A stretch of DNA of 64,000 nucleotides from Lytechinus pictus (taxonomy: Eukaryota): positions 41,478,001 through 41,542,000 of the forward strand of contig NC_087245.1 in the NCBI RefSeq assembly GCF_037042905.1. Reading direction: 5' to 3'. This document shows, in pieces, positions 12,618 to 25,797 of the stretch; the first letter of the stretch is position 1; the number at the start of each line of letters is the position of its first letter. The notes below the pieces were generated by a model. The model searched no databases. It saw nothing but the letters and a program-made list of their open reading frames with translations, and was not told the DNA's origin. Made by a program: the position numbers and the translations under genes.

Positions 12618-15600
12618 AACTAGTTAGTTGCTAGCTAACCGCTAGTTAGCAGCTAGCTACAAATTTCTGTGAGCGATTCTCTTAACTCCTCTTTCATGAT
12701 CTTTCTTTACCTAGATATTCTGACTTACTTCCTACCTTAATCAACTTTATTATGATCATAATCATATCAAAATAATAATAGCCATGAGGAAATGTTAAAT
12801 GACAAGGTTAATTTCACAATGATCATGACATACAAGCCTGACGATATTGATGACCATGCATGGAAGTTTAAACCAATTTGAGTTTACATCCTCATGCCCT
12901 TGGACATAAAAATATTTTCAAGGCTTATCTAATCCCTTTTTAGATATTCCCTAGGTATTCTTCACTGCTAAAAAGACATTGATCCTGCAGGAAGGCTCTT
13001 CTACCATTAGCAGACAAAGGAAATTACACATTCATTGAAGCATTCTAACATTGAATCTGTCCATTTGATGACTTCTTTTGTTTCAACATATTCAAGCCGT
13101 TCGACCCTAAAGGGTTTGAGGAATGGGAATTCAGGCATTTTGCAAAAAACAAAAACAAAACAAGACAAAAAGGAGCTGACAGGATATAATGAAGATGAAA
13201 TGATTATACAATCAATTACAGAGTTCCACATTTATAGTAATTATGTGATTAAAAATTCACGACATTCTATTTATTGTGTAGGCTTGGTTACATTTTGCAA
13301 AGTTCTCTTACTTTTAAGACTTCCTTCTAAAGTTGCTAATTTCTGTTAGGAATAGATTTGCAATTAAATCTGAGCATTTCCAAGTTTGTATCTTTAATCT
13401 TCTTACAATGTGAAATGCTACCATGTGAAATTTCTATGTATTCATATGTATTCCTTATTACCACTATAATTCCAAATTTTTTATAGACGTTGAACTACTT
13501 TTCAAAATCAATATTTGTTGTTCTTTTTACCCTAAAATTTTAACCTTATGCAGCTATTAACAGATTGATAATGGTATCGTTCCATTTTCACTTCCATTCA
13601 TTTCACTTCAATATCTGCTATTTCACAATGAGTTAATTGCAATTTTATCTTTGCAAAATTGTCATCATACTAACTTAAATCAAATATTGACATGTATATT
13701 CCATAATATTTGTGCTAAATAATATTCAATGTTATGTATTTCATTTTTAATGTATTGATTCATGTTGTCACAATTCTCTTTAGCCGCCATGATGTATATT
13801 TCAAATAAACCATTTATCTATTTATCTATCTAAATGCATACATTTTAGCTTTTTAGTTGTGGCATGTATTGTATTTAGAAGTAAACCTTAAAGTAGATTG
13901 ATGGATAAGAGGATGTCCACACCATGAACAAGTATGACTTAAATGTTGACTCAGAATTTCATCAAGGGGCCGATATTATCTCTTACAAATCTATGACACG
14001 TTTCCAAGGAGTTATCACACAACCACTCCTTGATGATCATATGTTTCCATGGTAACTTAAAGCTCTGAATTCAGTTTCACATGTTGGAAGAGGGAATTGA
14101 TTACTTCATCAAAGACATTTGCTAATGACTGGTGTTCTTCACAAATATTTAATGTGCAGAGTCAATAGCTCTAGTCAGCATGGTCAGGGGGTTATTTTCT
14201 TATATATGCCAGGAATCTATTTTCATATTTAAACTTAAGATTATACATACTTCATCTTAATTCAATTCAATTCATTATTCAATTCAATTTATTAATGTCA
14301 GCTATCTCTATGAAATATATAATATACAGAAAATAAAGCATTGAGTATCATAATCTGTCAAAATGAAGAAAAAAATCAAATGGTAGAATTATTCAAAATG
14401 CTTATTTTTTCAACTGTGAGCTAGCTAGAAAAAACCCACACCTACATGTACACCTATATCACATTTTATAAAAAAAAATATTTTAATATCACTAAAACAA
14501 TGTGGATGACAGTAAGATTGGTCACAAAGCAATAAATGATGTGAATACTTATGAATTTTGTTTAGGGTGGAATATAATAAGGGAGTAAATTGTATCTTTC
14601 ATCTCATGGAACAGGCTCTACAGAAATATCAACCACAATTTTAATCATAGAAAGGGGCTTCAACCATCTGTATAATTTGTAGCAACTAACCCTTTTCTGT
14701 TCATAGCGAAATACATTTCTTGAATCAGTTTATAGATGATGATAATACCACATTCTCTTTGATGAAATACAAAATAACAACAATAATGTATGCAAGCTAA
14801 GGGTGATTATAAGTTTCTACGAGAAGTGATAACAAATGCTCCATTGATGTGACTAACCCCTTTAACACCATTTCCATTCTCTTTCATGATGAAGGCAGGC
14901 AAGGATACACAAAGACCCAATTTCTCAAATTGAATCAAACTGATAGACTGGTAAATAGCAATGTTTGTGCACACTCCTAGCCTTTCTCTCATCACAGTCA
15001 CAAACCTACCAAGACTTGGTTTGCTAAGGATTTAATCTAGGTAGAAAGGAGCACAGTCTTTCTGTTCCCAAACTGATGAGCCAATGACAAGCTTAACCCA
15101 TTTTCTACCAAGATACACTTGCCAGATTGTAAAAGGTGTCACTTTGATTTTAGTAATGTCATGTAGTAAACTATGGAAATTCTAAGGGATGTATAAAAGC
15201 AGGTCAGTTAGGAGGAGCTTAAACAACATTTAAGACCCTTTCTTTTATAAAGTTGAGACCCAATCCAATGTATACAAATATTAATTTTCAAAAAATGAAG
15301 GATTATCATCAAAATAATGAAATGAGCAGGTGTCAAATGTTGGAAAAACATCAATCTGAACATGATAAAGATTTTAAGATTTGAACTAACTGGATAACAT
15401 TATCCATGGGATTACACAGACATTAAAGACATTATTTCATTTATACATTTCTCTTAAATGTATTAAACTTCACAGTAGAACATACATATTATACATTAAA
15501 AGTACAGCATGAACTTTCGATCATTACCAACAAATTCACCAATCGAAACCCCCTACCCACAATGTCTAGTTTCTTGTATTCAAGCGGTTAAGATTCAAGC

Positions 15601-17180
15601 ATCTGGAGCGGTAGAAAGATGTAACCCATCTCCCTTTCCGATCTAACAAGCCATAGAATAAAGGATAACAGTCAATGTTTTGATCCTGTCTCATCCTCCT
15701 TGTCACCAGTCAAGCACATGTGAAGGGGATGGTTTACTACGAGGGGATTTAACCCAAGAAATGAGTAGTCTGTCAAGTAATGTTGTACTGCCATATGAGG
15801 GTTTCAATTTCTTCAATTTCTCTTCGGGGGGGGGGGGGGGGGGGTGTACGGTGCTCATCATAAGGCTGGACTAATTTGTAAACAAAAATGAAATATTCTT
15901 TAATTACAGGTCAATTAAATGTACTTAAGATGTCAGCTACGATATACATAGTATTGCGTTAAGCTGGTTCCTATTAGTTAATGCTCAGGAGTCAGACTAG
16001 ACAAGACTTGTTCTGCTCTGATTGGAAAGCTGGGGGGGGGTCACATTATTTTTTTACACAAAATTAGAATGTAGGCCTAAATAATGGTTACCAGGACTAT
16101 TACATTTTTTTCCAAACCCTCAATAACAAAAGTGTAATTTTTAGTGACTTCTTAGAAATCATACTTTTTGCTGTAATTACAAGCAACAGTTCTGATAAAT
16201 ATTCGTTTTTTTATAGCTATAAACCAAGTATTTGATATAAATGCATTTCATGATTTATCTTAATATCCGAGCCTTTTTATTTTGCGGAAATTATATGAAA
16301 TATTCCCTGCTTGGCTGCTCTATGCCATTCAAGCTGCAGAACAGTGCGCATGCATGTGGCACCAACATGATCCATCTATATCTACCTTCAAATAAACACC
16401 TCAACAAAGAGAGATTCATGATTCTGCTGATGGATCACAAGTAAATATTGACTTGTCTGTGACATGCTGTTTGGAATATAAATCCTGAAAATGGTTTATG
16501 GTCTCAAATTTTTTCACCATAGTCGGAATATTTGCTGTATATTTACACTTGCTGCAAAGAATCCACCAAGGAAAACTTCATCCATAAAAAAAGAATTAAT
16601 GTTTGATCTGCCTCCAGGAGAATAACATAATTTTTGACAGATATTTCCTTCATTTTTATGGCCTAACATAACGCTGTACATTCATCCTAAAGCACGTAGC
16701 ATTACAGGTACTTTTTTATATGGAACTGAATGCATTTAAAACACAAAGTTTAAGAATCTAATGCAGATGTATTGAGCAGAAGAGGATGAGGAACAGGACT
16801 GCAATCTCAGACACGAAAACTTCTTCAGTTTTTTTTAAATAACTTGCTAAAAAGCCATGCTCATCAGCATTAGGCCCATTGATATTATGACCATACCAAA
16901 TAACTTTTTTTTTTTGATCAATTAGTTATAGTGACTGTTTTAGTATTTTCAAGGGCTATCTTTGAATATTGTGAGCACATTACCCTCCCCCCCCCCCACC
17001 ATTAGCTCCACAAATTTACTTTTCCTCTTTATACTGTTGTCATTTTTTTACTCAATCTCTCCCTATCCCTTTCTCTATCTTTCTTTTCCTCTCCCCCCCC
17101 CCCCTCTCTCTCTCTCTCTCGATCTGTCAATAACACACATACACACACACACACTCTCTCTCTTCCTCACCATCTCTCTC

Positions 17181-17366
17181 TAGTCTGCAGGCACATACCC
17201 TCATTGAAACTTTGATCAACAAGTGTGTCTCCACGCAAAGACTAGCACATACAAAACTTGCGGTTTCAATTCAGGCGAGAGCGAGAGAGGGCCTTCAGTA
17301 CGCAAGTCATGAGTGGGCTGCACATTCAGACCCTAAACTCGAGTGAAGGGTTTGCACAGCAGACTA
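17181..17366 (+). mobile_element. Short TAGTCTGC...GCAGACTA element
   Basis: 8-bp terminal IR including TA; homologous to 7277-7460. Confidence 0.65.
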
Positions 17367-17844
17367 AATCTCTCTCCTTGAAGTGCTAACATACATCCCA
17401 CAATGACATACTCACTACCAAATTCACAGCACCCCATGACCTTCCTTTATCATTCCTGCCGTTTTCAAAAATTCATTCCATATTTCTCCAATTTCATCTC
17501 AAAATTGACAGTCAAGGAAGCCGACCCAATCACAAAAGCTAATCATGGCATACGGACCTCGTTTTGTCTAAAAACTACCTAAAAAAGACAAGAATAGCAA
17601 GTCATTTTTATCAAATTCAATCCTTGAAATCAATTTGTCAATTGAGGTTCATTTCCAATGGTCTCATACATGTATGTGTTTTATGATTCACCCCTTAATG
17701 AAAAACATCAATATTATACATCCTTTCCTCTTTTTCCAGACAGTTTATTCATTTCAAAGTAAAAGCTCATTTTTCCATTGTTCTTGATTTATACAGACAT
17801 TCCAAGGAAGAATTCAAAAGCTTCTGTAAAATGTACAGTATAAA

Positions 17845-18129
17845 GTGGAGCGTTGTGGCCCAGTGGATTGGTCTTCTGACTTTGAAACAGAGGGTTGTGG
17901 GTTCGAATCCCAGCCATGGCGCAATTTCCTTCAGCAAGAAATGTATCCATATTGTGCTGCACTCAACCCAGGTGAGGTGAATGGGAACCGGCAGGATTAA
18001 TTCCTTATATTCATGAGCGCTGAAGGCAGCTCGAGTTAAAGCCGGGGAAATAATAATAATAATAACAACGCGCCTCAGAATATAATATTTCTAGATAGAT
18101 GACGCTATATAAATGCCTATTATTATTAT
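17845..18129 (+). mobile_element. tRNA-derived SINE, full length
   Basis: Pol III A box TGGCCCAGTGG, B box GGTTCGAATCC, anticodon-like arm TCTGA-CTTTGAA-ACAGA, core CCCAGGTGAGGTGAATGGG, L2-like tail GCTATATAAATG..(TAT)n. Confidence 0.88.
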
Positions 18130-19518
18130 AACAGAATGATGAATTCCCGAGCAACATTTAATAAAATGTAGGGCAATTTCTGTCAATGCTTAGTTGCATG
18201 ATGAAGATTATATAAAGAGAAGAGAGAATCATTTAAAAGGGAAACGGCTTTAACATGTTTGTAGGGGCTTTTTTAATTAAAGAAGTGATATGTCATGTAT
18301 TAAGTTAAAATTTAAAAAATCTAACAGAATTGAGGTAGCTAGCACTTTCATTATTCTTATAAAAAACAATTTGACTGAACACCAAAAAGAGTGGGATGAA
18401 TGCAATGCCAAAACATACCTAATGTCATGATAAAAAAAGAAAGTTGGGCATAAAGGAAAGAGACAGTTTAAAGGACAAATTGACGAGAACAGGGATCAAG
18501 ATGATTTGAACAAATAGAGAACAATCAAATGAGCATCTAAAACTGATAATTTCATTAAACTGATTGTGACCAGCTGTGTAAATTCAAGCAGCAAATCTAT
18601 TATAGCAAATCTAAATGATCTGAGCCCCCTCCTCCCTCCCCCTTACCATCTACTTGAATAGTGTGATGTCAAGAATCTGCAATCCATGGTTTCGATGATT
18701 CCCAAAAATATTGCTCAATCAAGAGCCTCTTTGCTATATTCATCGTAAAATCGACAAAGAGCATAATAATACCCAAAAAAGAATGTGGTTACCATTGCCT
18801 ATTTTTCACCATGCTGTGCTGCCGCTGTTTTGCTAAATCAAAATGTTGTTTAAAGTTTATATGATGCTGTTTACTATATGTAACTTACAGTAGTTGTTTA
18901 ACAGCTTAGACAATCATGCTTACTTTACTGCAAACTAAATATAAAAAAATTAACTATTTTTTAAAGATTTTAAACACTTGTTTAACTGTTTAAACAACTT
19001 CTGTAAGGTTCGTATAGTAAACAGCTTTGTATCAAAAAAAAATTGAACATGTTTACTGTTTCTGCTAACTTTCTTATTTTAAATCCAAATGCTTGTTTAA
19101 TACTTCTATACTTGTCAAACCCCACAAAAAACTTGTTAGGCGTGTTAGGATGGACTTGATCTTTAAGAAGAACACTTTATCTAGTGATTACCATCCACCT
19201 GCCACAGCGCCAAGCTATCTTATTCCATTCATCATAAAAATATGGATACATCACTACATCCAACCCAAAATCTATTTGCTCAGTGTTCTATGAATGATGA
19301 CTTGATGACAGATATGTAAACAATTCCCAGACAGCTGATAACAATTTGCCATGAATTTGTGTCATCAAATCACCATGTTTGTGAGATTTACACTTGCATT
19401 TGGAAACAGTTGAAACCAGAGTTGATATTCAAAGAAACAGAGTACAAACAAGACTGCTCAAAGTGATATTAGAACATGACAACCCAAATAGGAGAGAGAG
19501 AGAGGGAGAGAGAGAGTG

Positions 19519-20024
19519 TTAAAGGGAATCCAACCAAAATAAAAACTTGTTTTTACAGGAAAAAGAACAATCTGACAAGGTGATAGGTGAAAGTTTTAAC
19601 AATATCGGACAAAAAAGAAAGTTAGGAATTTGTTAAAGTTGTACCCATGGAGACTTAAAATTGGCCGCATATGTGATGTCATAGTGATGTAAGGCAAGGA
19701 CTACTCTATATGTACTCCAATAAAATGGATAAAATGTCATTTTTTCCAAAAGTTTTTTTTCAAATCATATTTTTCTTTCATGAAGACATAAAACAATATA
19801 CTACCTGGGTTATAGTTAGATTACTGCCCCAGGGGAAATGGTACTAAGGAGAAAACCACTAATCCCTGATAATTAAGTACATAGTATATGGGAAAGTTGT
19901 CCTTGCCCCTTGTCATAATTTACTTACCCAGTTGCCAATTTAAAATCTACATAGTCATAGTGATCTCAAGTTTAAAGCAGCTATAACTTTCTTATTGCTT
20001 GTCCGATTTCTTTCAAACTTTCAT
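19519..20024 (+). mobile_element. Kolobok/T2-type MITE family D, right end truncated
   Basis: Starts TTAA-AGGGAATCC; carries the shared ATCGGACAA..AAGAAAGTTA subterminal motif and its inverted copy (TAACTTTCTTATTGCTTGTCCGAT) near 19985-20008. Confidence 0.7.
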
Positions 20025-20222
20025 CTCTTGCCCCCCCCCCCCAATTTTTCAGGACCAAGAAAATTTGATATTATTTTCTGAATGTTATATAAAAATCTAT
20101 CACAAATTTGATTTTCTATCAAAAATGTAGAAATTTTTGCTCGCTCGCTTGCAACTTTTTATAATTTAACCCGATACGTCATATCTAGCCCCCTAAATTT
20201 TTTTTGACTCATTATGCCACTG
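20025..20222 (+). mobile_element. 3' part of a CAGTGGC...GCCACTG (hAT-like) element
   Basis: Ends ATGCCACTG; interior homologous to 40295-40380, whose element starts CAGTGGCATA. Confidence 0.5.
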
Positions 20223-20366
20223 ACTTAACTGTTAACTGGTCGACAACTCCTCAATCTGATTTTTAGAGTAATGAGATTATCATTTGTTTTTAAACATTTC
20301 ATTGTCTTTTATCTTTAAGTTACTGTTGGATAGAATATATCAACAACCCATATTTGGTAGTAATTG

Positions 20367-20971
20367 TTAAAGGACAAGTCTACCCCAACAAAAAGTTGAT
20401 TTGAATAAAAAGAGAAAAATCCAACAAGCATAACACTGAAAATTTCATCAGAATCAGATGTAAAATAAGAAAGTTATGACATTTTAAAATTTCGCTTAAT
20501 TTCACAAAACAGTTATATGCACATCCTGGTCGGTATGCAAATGAGGAGACTGATGACGTCATCCACTCACCATTTCTTTTGTATTTTTTATATGAAATAT
20601 TCTAATTTTCACCTCATTGTCAAGTGAAACAACGATTAATTTCTCCCTGAACATGTGGAATTAGCATTGTTTAATACTATATGGTTCAGTCAAGTTGGTC
20701 CTTATTGTCAAATCTGTAAAAAATTAAATATTGTATAATTCAAACAATAAAAAACAAAAGAAATAGTGAGTGAAGAACATCATCGACCAACTCATCGGCA
20801 TGTCACTGAGTTGTGCATATCACTGTTTTGCGAAAAATATAAGGGAAACTTTAAAATGCCATAACTTTCTTATTCTACATCCAATTTTGATGAAATTTTC
20901 AGCGTTCTGCTAGTTTGATTTTTCTCTATTTATTCAAATCAACATTTTCCTGGGGTGGACTTGACCTTTAA
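20367..20971 (-). mobile_element. MITE family A, full length, inverted relative to the 955 copy
   Basis: TTAA-AGGACAAGTC...GACTTGACCT-TTAA; interior is the reverse complement of the 955 copy. Confidence 0.9.
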
Positions 20972-21713
20972 ATGTGGGCCTGATATATGAAATTAACAGC
21001 ATGGATATCTAATTAGCCTCGACTGAAGTCAATATGTTATTGGTCTGGTTCTAAATGTTTAGAATCAGTCCAAAAAAAAAATTGACAATACAAAGTTTGT
21101 GTCAACAAATAGTCACAAATAGCTTTGATTCTAACATTTACAAATCTGCAATAAAATAATTGATGAAGCAAATTAAATTTTCAACCCCTTCTTTAAAACC
21201 AACACAAATCCCCAAAACCAGGCCAAACTAAACCAGTCTACCAATATTTGCCAGAAATTTTCAGTGTATGTTTTGCTTTCAATAAATAACTGGGGCAAGA
21301 ATTTGATATTTCAAATAACCAGTGTTTGCTATTAGATGTCAAAATGAATTGTATCAACAAAATAGTGGCATGGTTGTGAGGGGATTAATGTAAACAGTCA
21401 ACTCTGGTCAAAAACTAGACTGAAGTTCAAACTTTTTGTTCTCTGTATTAGAATTGCCCTTTATGTAATTCTGATCTGGTTTTAGTATAATACCCAATAA
21501 AATTAATTGGATCTGTAGGTTTCCAAGGCTGGAGTCAAGCAATAGCTTATTTTGGCAATAAAAAACAACAGAAATATATTACCTATTGCTGCAGTGTTTA
21601 TGTTAATACATTCTAAAGCCTTTTGAAATTACAGAGATTTTTTATGTCATATTGTAAATTGTATTGGGATATCATCATGATAATAGAAAGGCCGGTACTA
21701 TAAACTAAATATA

Positions 21714-22746
21714 AACAAGTGGAACGCCTCTGGCAGTCTCGCCTGCATTACGCAATCTAATATAGCAGCAGTGCTAACTTTGAAAACTACTATAAAATAA
21801 TCATTCACAAAAACATCATTCATATAATGACATAATACCACGTTCATTGACCATAAATGACATTTGAACGGAGACTTAAGACTGTCAGCTACACCCATGT
21901 CCACATTTCATTCACTCTATCCATAAACTTTCAAAGTTATGATGGCACTTCAACAATTACCCCAACACGGCCAAAGTTCATTGACCTTAAATGACCATTG
22001 ACCTTAAATGACCATTGACCATGGTCATGTGACCTGAAACTCGCACAGGATATTCAGTGGTACTTGATTAACCTAATGTCCAAGTTTCATGAACTAGATC
22101 CATAAATTTTCAAAGTTATGATGGTAATTCAACAAATACCCCCAACTTGGCCAAAGTTCATTGACCCTAAATGACCTTTGACCTTGGTCATGTGACCTGA
22201 AACTCGTACAGGATGTTCACTAATACTTGATTAACCTTATGTCCAAGTTTCATGGACTAGATCCATAAATTTTCAAAGTTATGATAGTAATTCAACATAT
22301 ACCCCCAACTTGACCAAAGTTCATTGACCCTAAATGACCTTTGACCTTGGTCACGTGACCTGAAACTCGAGCAGGATGTTCACTAATACTTGATTAACCT
22401 TATGCCCAAGTTTCATGAACTAGGTCCATATACTTTTTAAGTTATGATGTCATTTCAAAAACTTAACCTTCGGTTAAGATTTTGAAAATAATTTTCCCAA
22501 CATGGTCTAAGTTCATTGACCCTAAATGACCTTTGACCTTGGTCATGTGACCTGAAACTCAGGCAGGATGTTTAGTAATACTTGATTAACCTTATGTCCA
22601 AGTTTCATGAACTAGGTCCATATACTTTCTTGTTATGATGTCATTTCAAAAACTTAACCTTAGGTTAAGATTTGATGTTGACGCCGCCGCCGCCGCCGTC
22701 GGAAAAGCGGCGCCTATAGTCTCGCTCTGCTATGCAGGCGAGACAA
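21714..22746 (+). mobile_element. Non-autonomous Helentron/pearl-like element carrying a tandem array of about 163 bp
   Basis: Starts AACAAG; subterminal IR GTCTCGCCTGCA (21736) / TGCAGGCGAGAC (22733); 3' hairpin 22719-22744; (GCC)n microsatellite; monomers start at 21920, 22099, 22262, 22425, 22617; A-run flanks. Confidence 0.8.
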
Positions 22747-24883
22747 AAAACTGTTCAATATGGAATTCAGCTTTACAATTATCTCTACTTTATCAAGAAA
22801 ATGGATTTGAATGGGCATAATAATATTTACTTACTCTTTCATTTATACCTTTTAGTTCTTAAAAACTAAAACTACTTTGAGCTAGACAGAGTGCTTGACA
22901 TAGTTGACTGCTTTATATGTATGTATGTTTTCCCCCTTTTCTAAGACCTATGTACAATTAATTCAAAGTCGAGGTCTTTATGGCTATCAGCTGACAATAT
23001 ACCGGGAGCTTTCCAGAAAGCACTTGTCAGATCCTCTATTTAACAAAGTCAGCTTTATCGGACAATTACCATGGTAACAATCAGATGCCTGTGCATTTCA
23101 GCCAATCAAAATGAAGAAAAGTTGTCTCTGAAAAAATTATCAGACAAACAAATGTTGATGAAAAGCTCAACAGGAAGAGGGTCCATAGCAAAATAATGGT
23201 TTATTGCGTTCAACTGATTTAAGATCTGTAGAATCGGCATAGAGATAACACACACTTTTCACCATTTCATACTTTTATTTGCATTTTGGAAGATGTTTAC
23301 TTTTCAAACCGACAAAAACCTGATTGAATGCAACTATGGTATGAACTAAATATCTTTGAAAACCATGTTGCTAGGGTTCTAAAATATTGTTTGAACCCAT
23401 CCCAAACATGATCCGGCTTTCCTCCAATATTCACGGCCATAGATCTAATAGGAGATCACAGGACATTCCCAATGGTCCTGCATTAGCCCACAAGGGACCT
23501 TACTTCCAAATCAAAGTGGTTTCCAAAACACAATTTCATGTTTCGATGTTGAACAAGGAACACATAATTAGTAAATTACAAAATATATAATATTTCCCTG
23601 TAAAGAGTAAAGAAATTAATGTATTTTTTAAAGAAAAATATGAGACAATATCTCAAGGAAAATCCATGTGTCATTGCATTGATAGCAAAGCTCAAAACAC
23701 CAGGAGCCCTATTTCATGAAGGACAGTGGTAACTTTGCCATTGTGATAACTACCATGGTAACTAGTTCTCAGAAGCCAATTAAAATCAAGATTTTATGGT
23801 AGTTACGGCAACGGTAAAATACCACAATTGTAAGTAATTCTGAGAGGGAAACCAAGTCGATTCCAATAAGTTTGAAGATTGAACTTCCCCCATTCATTGC
23901 ATGATGTATTTTGTAGGACTGCATCAAACAACTTTTTTGATATCTCTCTGCATTAAATGTAACATGATCTTCGTGTTTTAAGAGACAAACAGAAGTATTT
24001 TATTGGATAATTGATCTGTCGATTTCAAGTGCATGGGGTCAAAGGTCACAGGAGATTTGATAAGGAAATGTAGTGTTGTTGTAGTCTTGTTGATATTCTC
24101 CAATTACCCACAAGAAAAAACAACTCAATGAACTGTGCCTCCTGCACGGAATGTAAATTTATGAGCTTTAGTTATGACCATTAAAAAACTCTCAAATGTC
24201 TCCCAATGTTGATGGAGTTCTGGCATTTTAACAGTCAATTCAATGATTCATTGGAAGCCTGCATAGGGGCAAGATAATATTTTATCTTTCTCACAAAGAT
24301 GACATAACAGCTGAAATGTGGAATTCACAGATTTTGCTAAATTGCTCCCCCCCCCCTCCCCCTTACTATTGAACCAACGCAAAGATCCTACTGATAATCA
24401 CAACAAGATGCATACACTCACAAATAAATCTGTGCTCAGGCAGCTAGGGAGAAAAGTCAGGACAAATTAGTATTGTAGTACAATCACTGTACATTTAGGT
24501 AATTTGATATTCATGGACAGCTCTCCCTTTTTGCTTGAAGTTTCTAAATTTCCTTATAAACTACTCCCTCCCCAAACCTCTCCCCCTTTCCTTCTTTTTC
24601 TCTCTTTTTCTTCCCCACTCTCCTCCACCTCACCTCTCTATCTCTCAACCACCACCTGCTCTCCCCTCTCTTCCTTTCTCTTTCTTCCTTTCTCTCTTCA
24701 TTGATTTCTTTCATCTCCTCCCCCATATCTCTATTTCTCAACAAGCTCCTTGCTAAAAGATATCGTCCACATCACTCACTCATGTTCCACATTTTGAGTC
24801 ATTACTATTCGTGTACCCCAAGGGGATCTAGATCTCAACCGACCCTTTCTTGCCCCATCCTTATCACCCACCCCCATCCAACT

Positions 24884-24923
<40 letters not shown>

Positions 24924-25206
24924 ATAAATATATACCCCCTCCCCTCTATCCATCCATCTCAACTTTCTGAAGAAAAAAAAATCATCACAATTTGTCACTC
25001 ATTAATGTTTCCATTTTGAGTCATTAGTAGGAGTATATCCCTAGGGGGACCAACCAATCACACTTCTCTATTTCCATGTTATCTATCAAAACAACAACAC
25101 TTCTGAGCTCAAGCATGACACTCCTCCATCATATCTCCTTTTTCCAGACCACGGAATAGCTTTCAACCTCTCTTGAAATATGCTGGAGTGTAACATAGCC
25201 TAGATA

Positions 25207-25797
25207 TTAAAGGAGAATGAAACCCTTGAAACCAGCTGAATCCATATCAAAGAGAAAAATCAAAGAAACATATTGTTGAAAGTTTGAGGAAGATTGAATG
25301 AATAATAAGAAAGTTATGAGCATTTGAATATTGAGATCACTAGTGCCATGTAGATCCTCCCATCGGCAATGCGACCAAGATCTGTGATATCACACACGTA
25401 CAACTCCCTCATTACTTTAGTACTTATTTCACTTATATTCTCACTTTTATAGAGTCTATCACAATGTGAGGTGTTCTCTTTATGAGATGACAAGTACAGA
25501 GGTTTCACAACATTATATCATTGATGAATCGTTTGTCATATGATTAGAATGAGCAAAAAGAGATGTTTTGGGGTATATTTTCAGTGTCCAAATGGGAGAG
25601 TTGTACGTGTGTGACATCACAGATCTTGGTCGCATTGCCAATGGGAGGATCTCCATAGCATTAGTGATCTCGACATTCAAATGCTCATAACTCTTTTATT
25701 GCTAGTCCTATTTTACTCAAAGTTTTGTTGATCTTATTCTTTGATTTTTCTGCTTTCACAAAAGCTAACTTGCTCCAAGAGTTTCATTCTCCTTTAA
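25207..25797 (-). mobile_element. MITE family B, full length, inverted
   Basis: TTAA TSDs, same TIRs; about 9 differences from the 10186 copy over 591 bp, counted by eye. Confidence 0.92.

Noticed and set aside
17845-17920. tRNA-Gln(TTG)-like gene
   Set aside because: A and B boxes and an anticodon arm are present, but the acceptor stem does not pair and the sequence runs into a SINE core and tail. A second copy lies at 12303-12617.
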